A stretch of DNA of 63,605 nt, the filler included, from Squatina squatina (lineage: Eukaryota), in the NCBI GenBank assembly GCA_031763465.1. It is 4 parts of 4 records of this genome, joined end to end, with 100 filler letters (N's around TTAATTAATTAA, not from the genome) between each part and the next. Parts side by side here need not be neighbours in the genome. Positions count along the whole stretch, not along the records: positions 18,097 to 31,351 come from JARFOE010000001.1; positions 31,452 to 49,357 come from JARFOE010000115.1; 2 more parts are not named here. One strand, 5' to 3'. Below, piece by piece: positions 24,265 to 35,980 of the stretch. A program made the translations under genes and the position numbers. The notes under the pieces were generated by a model. That model had not been told where the DNA came from. It did no database searches and saw nothing but the letters and a program-made list of their open reading frames with translations. Positions within the stretch are counted from its first letter, which is position 1. Every line of letters begins with the position of its first letter.

Positions 24265-24532
24265 AGCTTCCAAAAAAGAACAAAAAGATCCAAAGAAAGA
24301 AAACCTGAAACCTAAAAGTGAGAGAAAGACAGACTTAAACAGACATAAACCATCTGGTCTGACAGCTCAGGAGCCAATTGATGATGTCTACCGGATCCAG
24401 TATTACCCAAAGACAGTGCATGACATTGAGACAGCAATTGACTTGCTGAAGAAGTTTCAGCAGTTGGACTTTACTTACCCCAAGCAGCCTGTTTATATTG
24501 ATCTGCGGCTTGACATGAAGCTGGAAAAGAAG
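24265..24532 (+). CDS. MRPL1: mitochondrial ribosomal protein uL1m, internal exon
   Basis: Acceptor ttttcccaatgatAG and donor AAG|GTGAAG. Translates ...EPIDDVYRIQYYPKTVHDIETAIDLLKKFQQLDFTYPKQPVYIDLRLDMKLEKK. Lies between CNOT6L and FRAS1. Confidence 0.88.
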
Positions 24533-27500
24533 GTGAAGTTTGCAAGCCAGTACTTTACATTCTTGACTACAAGCTTGGTGTTAAGGAAAGCATTAGAGCA
24601 TTAAAGAAAGAGTCCAAATTACTTGTTTTTAAAATAGCTTTTCTATAAGGAATCAGATAAGTNNNNNNNNNNNNNNNNNNNNNNNNNNNNNNNNNNNNNN
24701 NNNNNNNNNNNNNNNNNNNNNNNNNNNNNNNNNNNNNNNNNNNNNNNNNNNNNNNNNNNNNNCCCCCCCGCACTGGAATGCATAATCACTGGGAGAAATC
24801 AGATTTAAATTTGAACACTCTTTTAGTTAAGTTTCAGTTGAAAGTTTATTGGATTTAATCACGGGTAATTTGGAGTTGCTCAAAAGCGGAGTTTCAGGCA
24901 GGAAACTGACGAAGACTGTGGAGCTGAGGTGTCGGATTTAAAATCTCCCGAGGCCTGTGCTGCTGAGGTGGAGACAGTTCACTGCCCGTCTTGGCCTTCA
25001 CCCGCTCGACTCATGTCATGCTCCCAGTTAAAATCCGGGCTTGTATCTCAGGGAAAAAAAGAATTGACATAGTCTACTTTGCTCTACTGAAATTATGCTT
25101 TTTTGTGAAGCGATCATGGAGCAGGACTGACCGTACTCACAAACATGGCTGCAGGTCCGATCCTTCCATCTTCACCTCTAGATGGTGACACATTTCCAAA
25201 GGGAGAAAAAACGAGGAACAAGGCTAACACAGCAGCGGGATTGCAATGCAATAGTCCATAACTGCAGCATACTAGTGCACTTTAGTCTTGTTTTTAACTC
25301 AATCCTACACTGTATTTATATTAATGTTCCCTAATCTGACAGAACATGTCCTGACAAGCTGTATTAAAACAAATTAAGCTGCAGGATTTTGAGTCAACAT
25401 CGGTGGAAACAGCAGCAGCAAATGGAAAAAAATTACATAACCTCAAAACCAGTTATAGATGATCAGGTACTCAATAATTTTACTTTTNNNNNNNNNNNNN
25501 NNNNNNNNNNNNNNNNNNNNNNNNNNNNNNNNNNNNNNNNNNNNNNNNNNNNNNNNNNNNNNNNNNNNNNNNNNNNNNNNNNNNNNNAAATTACAGAACC
25601 TCAAAACCAGTTATAGATGATCAGGTACTCAATAATTTTACTTTTTAAGCTAATCTGTTAACCTATTTAAATTTTAAATTATCTGGGGAGGAATGAAATC
25701 AAGTAATCATATCCGGGTGTTTGGAAAGTCATTCTTGGCCCAGTGTTAGCAGTGCCAGTGTAACACCTGGTTTCAATCCCATGTTAGCTCCTATAATTCC
25801 TACAGAAGGTTTCTGGGCATGAGCTGACTTGCAAATTTCTCAGTATGTTCCATCAATTAAAAACATAAACCTCAGAGAAATCTATTAAAGAATAATGTAA
25901 TGAAATGAGAGCAACGAGCAGTCTGTATACAGGTCAGCAGTATCTATTCCGAATGCACTGTTGGATATCGCCAGTAACTGAAGGTAAATATGAGGGTGGG
26001 GAATTGATTTAGCTTCTTTCCCTCAAGCTGCTAAATGACTCGGGCCAGGTACACACCAGCTGGAGTCTTTTGTTCCAAGGTAATAAGCTTTTGGTTGCTG
26101 TAGTAACTATTGTATGACTTAAATGGGAAAGGTCATAAATTCTAGCACCTTTACAATGGTCTGCAGCCATCATTTAGTCATAGATTTTAAAACCCCACAG
26201 GTAAACTCTTATAGTTTTTTTCACAGGTTAGTACGGCGTGCGATATCCCTTTTAACTTTTGTCAACCTATAGGTTCCCCCTCCCCCAGATTTCAAGCTCG
26301 CCTTTCCCGACAGTGCTGCCTCTTGGTGAGGGACATTTCCACAGCTGCCAGCCACCCTCCACTACCTTATCCATTCATATGTGTGCTTTTAGTTTGAACA
26401 TTGGGTTTTTGTTTGTTGGTATTTAGTTTAATGGTTGTTTAGTTTTTATGTTTTAACTGGATTCTTTCCAAAAGAGTTTCCCACTCCTATTTCTTATGTT
26501 CTAATAAATGCTGCCTTTTTCTTTTGCTCTCCAAACTAGACACTAAATAGAAGACACCACTTACTTCTGCGAACAGAACGAGGCTGTATACGGTTTCCAC
26601 AGGCGACGGTGTGAGATGGCACTTCCTGTAAAACACATACAATGGTTTGTACTGAACTCTCCACCTCAGACACTCTGAACAGTTTAGCCGGATGTTTGTG
26701 AATGCAACAGTTTCTACTGAAACCTCCATCAGTAATTAGTCTGTAATTGAACCCTATTTATATTATGGGGATAAACGTTGCTGGGTAGAGTTTCCGCTTT
26801 GGGTGCAACCAGAGAATTTCAGCCAAACTGCGCTGGTTCGGTTACAGTTCAAATTTCCGATAAAATTAATTTGCATAATCACAAATGTAAAATCTTCTGC
26901 GAACCAGTGCAATCGGGTAGTGTAATAGACCGCAATTGTTTCTTTCTGCTTCTTTCCATTAAAAAGTATTCCTTGATGTGTTTAAGAGTGGTAACCTGGA
27001 GCAGTTTTATTAATGGACGCGACTGCTGCCAACGAACTGGAAGCGATGCGCGCTGCAGGTTCGTTATGGGAGCGGACTGGTTTTAAAAAAAAGTCGGGAA
27101 AGGAGCGGCCTGTAGCTGAGCGTGCATTTATCAGCAAACATAAGCATTCTTAGTAAGGGTGTCCAGTCCTGTGCCTGTGAGTAACCTGATTTAAAATCAC
27201 TGCAAATGGCTTTAAAAAAAACTATACTGAACCATTTAGTAGTTTCATTGGTGTACACTAGTGCTTTAGTAAATTAAATATTTTTGATATGAAAAAGCTT
27301 TTAAAACCTCCCTACTAGTGCCTGTGTGCATAAGGAACTGGGCACAATTGAAAGGCCTTCCCAAACCAGCACAATGAGTGCAATTTTGCAATTTCGCAAT
27401 TTCAACCTAGCATCGTGACCAGTTTTGTGGGCGGGACCAGANNNNNNNNNNNNNNNNNNNNNNNNNNNNNNNNNNNNNNNNNNNNNNNNNNNNNNNNNNN

Positions 27501-27541
27501 NNNNNNNNNNNNNNNNNNNNNNNNNNNNNNNNNNNNNNNNN

Positions 27542-27966
27542 AGCTTTGATTTGAAGAGCAGGCCCCGGGATCCCCCTCCCTCCTCGCAGACTCTGCCCAG
27601 CCCCTGAGCGCCGCGGCTCAGCGAGGTAAATCTGAGCTGGTGCCAGAGGATCGCTCCAGCGAGGAGATCAGCGCCGATTCCCTGCTCCCCAAACTCACCA
27701 CTCCTCGGAACTGCAGCTCAGTCCAACCCACCCAGCAGGATTACGTGCTGAAAGCTGGAAGGAGCACCCCGCGGACACATGAAAACACTTGGCTCAGGCG
27801 CAACTTGCAAGTGCTCGTAAAGAAAAGTCATTGATTTATTTATACCCCCGGCGCATTAACTTAAGCGGCACCAGGGTCCTGTGAGATGTCTTTTAGAAGT
27901 GCTGTCTACCGGCTTTAGACTGAAACGAAAATAATAACAATCTCGAGACCTTACCGGATCCCCATC
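27542..27966 (+). promoter_or_regulatory. FRAS1: CpG-rich promoter/5' UTR of FRAS1
   Basis: Locally GC- and CpG-rich sequence directly upstream of the FRAS1 ATG, in an otherwise CpG-depleted background. Confidence 0.6.
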
Positions 27967-28039
27967 ATGAATGTCTTGAGCCTTTGGGTTGTTGCTGCTG
28001 TCTTGATCGGCTTAGTAACCTTGCCGCAGCGGAGTGAAG
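27967..28039 (+). CDS. FRAS1: Fraser extracellular matrix complex subunit 1, first coding exon (signal peptide)
   Basis: ATG with A at -3 and donor G|GTTGGT. Translates MNVLSLWVVAAVLIGLVTLPQRSE(G), a signal peptide resembling human MGVLKVWLGLALALAEFAVLPHHSEG. Follows MRPL1. Confidence 0.8.
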
Positions 28040-30366
28040 GTTGGTACACGCAACATTCAACTTTATTAAGTATTGTCCTTTACAATGTCTTGCTTTACAA
28101 CATTTTTTGTATCAAATCTTCAATGCTACTATTGATTATATTCTTGCCAGGTATTTATGTTTGACCAAGTATTCGTTCTTAGACTAGCTTCAGTATCCAG
28201 CCTAACAGTAACGAGCGACACCAAGAATAAAAATGAAAAGCACTTCAGGGAGTTTCCCTGAACTACGACCGAAAAGAGCACATTGAGAATCTTAAAAATG
28301 AATCCTGTAAAACAAGAAAATACAGTCAGCTAGTTTTACGAGTTGTTACAGTTTTGTGAAACTGCAATTTAAGAAATTCTGTTGCGGCTTCGTTTGATAT
28401 CAGTGAATCATGAAGGGTCTGCAGATATTTTCCAGCTCCGTTTCCTGTTCGGAAGCATAAGTCAGAACAAATTACTCCCATTCATTTCATTTATCGGGAC
28501 CAACATTGTGATCGCCTAAACCTCAAAGGCACTGCAGTGTGTTAATATTACAGATAGCACAGTCCCTGAAATATCTCAGATCCTCCTATCTATGTTTACT
28601 TATTGATTTGCATTTCGGTTGCTATTTTTCTGAACCAAGTGACCGAATTGTAATCTTGTAAGTACTTTGTCATTGCCACTCATTCATAAATCGGCCGCCG
28701 TCTTTTAACCGAGCTTAAAAGGGCAACAGTTCTTGTGGTATGATCTATATATATTCATTCATGTACAGGCACACATTATATCTCAGGAATTAGAAATATT
28801 CAAGCACACACTTGACTTACACTTTAGAGTGCTTATTACTTCACCTCACAAAATCTGATATTAACTGGTGGGACCCACATTTTTAAGCAAGGACGGCTTC
28901 ACACGGATTATGTTAAACGTTACCGGATTGATAACGCGGGAAATAATACTTTAGTATAATTTGTAAAATCAAACAATATTACAGTATCACCGAAAACAAA
29001 GATGACCTTGATAAGAAATAACTTCTGCTTTGTGTCACACTGGTCCCTGGTTTGAAGAGCATGGGAGGGAGAGGAGACTGACCTGACTGGACCTCGGAGA
29101 ACGCCCCTCCCCAAAACGGAGAAGCGGCGTTAATTAGTGATTTAGATTTGTTTTTAGAGGGGAGGGTGTAATGCAGACATTTCTAAGCAAACTTTGCNNN
29201 NNNNNNNNNNNNNNNNNNNNNNNNNNNNNNNNNNNNNNNNNNNNNNNNNNNNNNNNNNNNNNNNNNNNNNNNNNNNNNNNNNNNNNNNNNNNNNNNNCGT
29301 AATTCTTAGGTTCTTATAGTGTTATCGTATCAGCTGCTCCATTTGGCACAAAACTAAAATCATTCTCTTCGCATTTCCAGGGCACATATTCCTGGCATGC
29401 TGCTGATACTGCATTCACTGAAAGATTGTGTTTCAGCCACTACATCACTTTCGGTTTATGTCAGGGGTGGGAAACTACTTTCAGAATGGTGGATTTGTGA
29501 ATTATTCATAAATTATGGGTGAGGTGGTTAATATGATTTCTCAGTTTAAAAAAAGAAAAAAATTGCAGCTCTCCATTTAAGTTCCTACACAGGCCTTTTA
29601 AGTTAGAAAACAAGACAATTTTTTAATTGCTTTTTGTTTTTTTAGCCCAACATGGATAATTTGAAACAATATTTTTAAAACAAAGTTTATATCTACACTG
29701 CATTAATTTTAATATACTTTCGTGCCATTAGAGCTCGGTGTGACATTTTTCAACAAAACCAATTGATTCAAGGATCATAGTGCTTTAGATAAACAATGCA
29801 GGTGTTTAACTACAGAAATGTATAGGCTATAGTTATATTTTAATTATATGTTCTCCTGGGATAGAGGCAACGGAAAGAAAAGCATGAGCTTCCAACCAAG
29901 GGATCAAGTTTGGATCAACTCTGCTGTGAATGGAATTCACTACTTTCATTGAGTATTTTGGCAAGTTCCTGGCTAGACTACTGGAACAGTTCACAGCAGC
30001 AGAGTGCATTATTTTGGAGGGAATAAATTCCTAAGGCCAGAACAGCTTATCTCCTGTTAGGCAGCTGCTGAGTGGCATTGAGTGCAGAGGCAGAAAGGCT
30101 CAGGGACAAATTCTTGTTCCCTCTTGTCTGGAACAGGAAGCAAAGTAATTTGAGAACTGAAAGGGGTAGGGGAGAGTCTTTGGAGGGAAACATTCCAGGA
30201 ATCATTTGGGCAAACAATATGTTCAAGTGCAGAGATGGCAGTGTTGGAAAGTGGAACTTATTTCTCNNNNNNNNNNNNNNNNNNNNNNNNNNNNNNNNNN
30301 NNNNNNNNNNNNNNNNNNNNNNNNNNNNNNNNNNNNNNNNNNNNNNNNNNNNNNNNNNNNNNNNNN

Positions 30367-30447
30367 TTCTCCCTTATCCACTCTACTAGTTACATCCTCG
30401 AAAAATTCTATAAGATTTGTCAGACATGATTTACCTTTCATAACCAT
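30367..30447 (-). mobile_element. CR1 LINE RT fragment
   Basis: Translates MKGKSCLTNLIEFFEDVTSRVDKGE. Confidence 0.85.
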
Positions 30448-31351
30448 GGAATTGTGGCTAGGCATGTTTAGCATGTGTACAATCCATCACTCCTCGACCC
30501 TGTGAAGAAGTTAGCATTTATATCACAACATTACTGGGTGGCAAACTACTGTTTTTTTACTTCTGAAAGTGTTTTCTTCATGATGAGAGTATCCAACACC
30601 TCCTGATTAAAAGTTGATATTGCAGCATTTGCAATGCCACTATTGTCCCTCGCGGACATCTGAAAGAAGCTGATAATTATGGATAATTGCAGCTATCATT
30701 TTTGCAACAGTTAACACTGTTACCTTCAGGGAAGGTGATTCCGAGTAGTCATTTAGCATGGCTGATATCAATCAGCAAGAGTGTCTTTGGCAGCGTGAAA
30801 CAGATGCGTGCACAGTTAGTCATGGCCAACTAGTCTGCCTTTGGCCTATAAATTTGTTATAAAGAATACGCTTTCCTCCTCCACCAGACTTTCCTGCTGC
30901 TTCCTCTGCTGCTGTATAATATCACTAGTCAAGCAAACACGAGACATTTCTGAAATCACAAACATGGCAAAGGGAAGTATCTTCAAAGTTCCTGCACTGC
31001 TCAATGAAATATTGCATGAGGATTGTGGTGGAAACGCAATTACCTTAAGTACTGTATCATTGCCCATGTTAACATACCACAATTAGCAGTGAACACACTG
31101 CGACCTTACCACATACAGGATGAGCATTCCAGGAACTCGAGGATTAAAAAGATTACAACTGAAACTGTACAGCAGTAAACTGGTAAGAAACCCATTTATT
31201 CTAGCTCAATACTAATGCACCCCACTAAATAATTCTTTGTCGAAAGCTTTCTTTCTAAAGACCCTTAATGCACAGGTCTGAGCTGAAATCAAATCCAACC
31301 TACATATAGCAACAAAATAATTTGGCGCTGAAATTTCCGGGGGCCCGCCCT

Positions 31352-31451
31352 NNNNNNNNNNNNNNNNNNNNNNNNNNNNNNNNNNNNNNNNNNNNTTAAT
31401 TAATTAANNNNNNNNNNNNNNNNNNNNNNNNNNNNNNNNNNNNNNNNNNNN
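31352..31451. other. artificial scaffold-joining linker
   Basis: N44-TTAATTAATTAA-N44. Confidence 0.95.
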
Positions 31452-33194
31452 GACCTGAACATAGCGCTCCTCAATTCATCCGTTAGAGCCAGAAACTCAA
31501 GGCAATCGAATTGGGCGCCCATCAGCTTTTAACCATCGACAAAGTGAGCCAAAAAAGTTTCCTATTTACTGTGGGTGCTTTTCACACATTCCATCTTTCT
31601 GCTATCTCTTCTGAAACATAGTATAAGATCGTATCATTGACTTTGAGCATAAGTCTACTTTTGTTACACAACAGGTGACAGGTGACCTGAAACATTAAGG
31701 GAGGGTGGCAGTAAAAACACAGTCTGTACAAGGAAGCAAAAACAAAGGCATTTTGTTCTCAAAGTGCATGATATGATATTCAATTATTTTAAGTGATTAG
31801 CAAAATATATTATTTCAATAAAAACTTCCCTTGTGCTGCTTATTTGGGATAGACAGTGTTTGTAGAACAATTGTCTGCAATTCAATCCATCTTGAGGCCA
31901 TAATTCCAAATTATTACACAGCATCGTAAATTTAAGTCAGCAGTGAGAGCATAAAAACCTTTTGCAGCAGACCACCCACTTGTATTTCACAAGTACAAGC
32001 ATCGTGACTAAACACAACCTTTTCTGTGATATGTTGTCAGGCATGGCACCACATTCACAGCCACTCCTTGATAAATGAAAAGAAGCAGCAACAAATTAAA
32101 TCTGATAGATATGCTGTGGCCCTTTTGTGTTTGAATCCAAGCCATATTACACAAACTCTAGCGTGAAGAAACTTTTGTGAAAGTTCATTGAACCATAATC
32201 ATTCATTAATAGGGACCATACCTGCGATGTAATTTAATGAAGCAAAAGTGAACAACCTCACAGCCAAAGCGTTGTACCAATTAACACGGAAACACTGGCC
32301 TCTTTGTCTGAGCTGTGAGCAGCTGTACTGCTGTTGGAAAGTTACCTCAGAAACATAAGCATTAAATCGAAGGGTGTGCAAGCACTTTTGTATATAAACC
32401 AAGAGATATTCGCCAATAAAGTGTCATCAAAATGTCTAAAATTAATTGAATTTTTTAATTTATTTGAACGGTTACATATGGTATATGTTTACAATAGAGT
32501 AATTAATAATCAGTGGCTAAATCTGCGCCAAATAATTTGGAGATGAAGCAATAGCTATTTCTGGCCTATTGTGAATGGAACATGAGCACTAGTTCGGCTG
32601 ATTTTTAAGAACAACTTTTGCACTGTGATTTCCACGCCCCACCCCCACCACCAACAAATGTAGGTCTCTGATGTAAATATGAAAAGTATTTTACAGGTAT
32701 GTGACAACATATATGTTATCTCCAAGTCTGCAGATAACAGGAAGCGGAGTGTAAAGTGAGGTTTGAGGTGACACAGCATTTTCTTTCTGCATTAAGCAAA
32801 TTGCAGATTATGATGATTCTTTTGATAGCTGCAAAACCTGAAGAAATGAGTTGTCAGGAAATAGCTTCACTTTCATGCTCACTGACCTTTCATCAGAAAA
32901 GTAATGTATTCGGCATATTTAAAACATATGCTTGAAGATCGCTTCAGATTTAAGCATTTCTTTGCTGTAGGCTAAACTACAAACCAACTACATGGACTTT
33001 AGTCACTTAGCCTGCACCTTTGGTGTGATGTTCAATACTCAAGTTGTATTAAAATAATTCTTATGAATGTGAAATATGTTGGGAAGAAATCATTTTATAG
33101 TTAAACTGGAGGTGCAGCAATTATGAGGCACATGAGGATATTACTTTGCCAATGATTAATTTCAATTAATATAAACAAAACAGCCTTTTGACAG

Positions 33195-33413
33195 AAGCCC
33201 TGGTTAGACCACACCTGGAGCACTGTGAGCAGTTCTGGGCACCACAAATTAGGAAAGATATATTGGCCTTGGAGGGAGTGCAGCGTAGGTTTACCAGAAT
33301 GATACCCTGACTTCAAGGGTTAAATTACAAGGAGTGGTTACACAACTTAGAGTTGTAGTCCCTAGAATTTAGAAGGTTAAGGGGTAATTTGATCGAAGTT
33401 TTCAAGATATTAA
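33195..33413 (+). mobile_element. CR1 LINE ORF2 fragment
   Basis: Translates [37 protein letters not shown]...RRLRGNLIEVFKI. Confidence 0.88.
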
Positions 33414-35640
33414 NNNNNNNNNNNNNNNNNNNNNNNNNNNNNNNNNNNNNNNNNNNNNNNNNNNNNNNNNNNNNNNNNNNNNNNNNNNNNNNNNNNNNNN
33501 NNNNNNNNNNNNNGTTTGTTCAGAAACCTTGAAGTCAGGACAAAGTCCTTTAGCACCTGCTATACCACTCCCCGTAGACTTAACAACTTTAAAGAACTCT
33601 AGGAAGTTCCAAACATTTGTACAATCGCAGCACCAGTAGAAATCAACCAGCAACTAACCGTTAAGTAGCTGATGATCCTTTTAAATAACTTAGGTGTTGG
33701 CTCCTTTCTACTGCTGAACGTGTGTTCAGCTGTGTGAGCTTAAGAGCGTGGGCTGGAGCGTTGAGCTCCAAAATCGCAGTATGGTGTCCAGCGCGACTCA
33801 CACCAGAAGTGCAGGGACATTGAAGTCAGGATATCATTTTGGACATCTAAGGGCAATTGTAGTGCCCAAAAGACGGGCGCTATGGATCTGAATTTTGCAC
33901 CCAGTGTGTTCATTATTTTGTATGATTGTGTAAAGACAATTGATATTGATTGAAATAAGTGAATCTGATTGTGTTGCTCTTTATGTTCATTTGGCATGAA
34001 ATAAAGCAACTGAATAATTCATATCTGGCTTTATCCTAACAATTGTTTTCTCAGTCAACTGTTGAAAAGTTTGTGGAAGTGTATACTGAGGGATGTATGA
34101 AAGACACAAATATCAAGTTCACTTTGCAAGGGTATCCTATTTATACTATTTTATAGTTCAAAATATTCAGCAACATAGGCACACCGTTAAATAAAAAGAC
34201 ACTCAAACCATTGACACTCGCTGTTTACGACAGATGACCTAAGGCAAGAAGTTAAACATAACATGAGGTTATCTATTACTTAATCAAATTTAAAGTTTAA
34301 TTTTAATGCAAATGGTTACCTAAAAAAGTTTTTTTTTAGATTATTGCGTTTGAACCTGTGATTATGCATTGTAATTACATAGTATGAAAATTCTTACAAG
34401 ATAAAACATTAATAAGTGTGTTCAGTCTTGGACTGCATGTTGTCAGCCCAGCAAACACTGTGCTGCAGCCTTCACAGTCTGTCTGCTGAACAACCAGAAC
34501 GCTATTATTTTGGTCCCTGCCAGCTCCCATTATGTTGAAGGCCATGAGTGATACAGTTCAGTATAATAGTGAATGGGTGTTTAGGTACCTTACAGCCTGA
34601 ACATACTTAAATAAATAATACTATCCTCATTTGGTATGGGAGTACTAGAGCATTTTCAGAAATATAAGAAAATAATACCTACATTAAAAGTAGGTTGGGC
34701 AAGAAATATCCACGAAGGAATGGTGAGGCACATGATGATTTACCTGAAAAGTAACCCAGACAAAAAAATTGCACATGTCTCCACACATATGGTAAGCTTT
34801 AAATAACCGTTGAAACTATTTTNNNNNNNNNNNNNNNNNNNNNNNNNNNNNNNNNNNNNNNNNNNNNNNNNNNNNNNNNNNNNNNNNNNNNNNNNNNNNN
34901 NNNNNNNNNNNNNNNNNNNNNNGATTAAACATCCAAGTAAACTTTTATGACAACAGTGTTTGATCAACCATCTCCAATATAGCACAGCTTGATTATACCC
35001 TGAGAACAAGAGTATATTAAAACTATGTATGACTTCCATAGGGACCAGCATAGAGAAGGATTACCTGTGTACTCACATTGTATGCGCTGGAACTAAATAC
35101 ACTTAGCTTGAAGATCAATCTGCACTGTTCTGACCTCACTTCAAAAAGTTGTAGCTATGAGCCTTTTTAATGTTTGAATCTGACATTTTTTGTAATGTAC
35201 CTCCCCTCGACCTCGAACACTCCAGCAGCTCAGTGTCGGAGGTGCCCAGGGGCCAATCATTGTACTTCTACCAGGACCGACTCCCTGTGGATTTTTGGGC
35301 CTTTTATTTTTAACCCATAATCAACAGGCCGATTTTTTGAAAAATTGAAAGGTTTTGAGTGGTTTGATTGGCTGAGCTACAGACTTGACAGACTTTGCAG
35401 CCTAGTGATTAGTTATTGTGTAAATATTTAGTGGGTCCCAATTTTCTCATTCTGATTGGTAGAATTCAAAGCTCATAAATTGTGATTTAGTCATCTTTTA
35501 TGAATACATAATTTGAATGAATAGTGTAAATGTGACATACAGCAATAATGTGTGATGCCGGAAGCATGAGGTACAAGACAGGAAATAAAATACGCAGGTG
35601 GGTATTGCATGCAGAGATTTTTAATATTAAAGATAGAAAA

Positions 35641-35980
35641 GACAAAAAGGAACATGCATTTATATAGTGCCTTTTACATCCCCAGGATGTTGCAAAGCAC
35701 TCACAGCCAATAAATTTCTTGTGAAGGGTAATTACTATTGTTATGTAAATTCAGTAACCAAATTTGCTCACAGCATGGTCCCACAAACAGTAATGAGATA
35801 AATGACCAGTTAATCTGTTTTAACAATGTTGGTTGAGGGATAGTAGCATGGGAATTTTTTTGCATTCATATGAACAGACAGATAGCCCCTCCAACAATGC
35901 CTATATTGTGTGCTCGTGTCGTAGACCAGAACTTGAACCCATGACCTTCTGATTCAGAAGCACGAGTGCTACTAGTGATC
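35641..35980 (-). mobile_element. Deu-domain SINE with tRNA-derived head (internally deleted)
   Basis: On the minus strand: tRNA-like head tagcactcgtgcttctgaatcagaaggtcatgGGTTCAAGT (B box), Deu core (tatctcattactgtttgtgggacc) and tail gcactatataaatgcatgttcc. Confidence 0.8.

Noticed and set aside
25429-25646. ~58-bp direct repeat flanking a 100-N gap (possible TSD or LTR)
   Set aside because: Near-identical contig ends with one mismatch on both sides of a gap are typical of an unmerged overlap or haplotype artefact.
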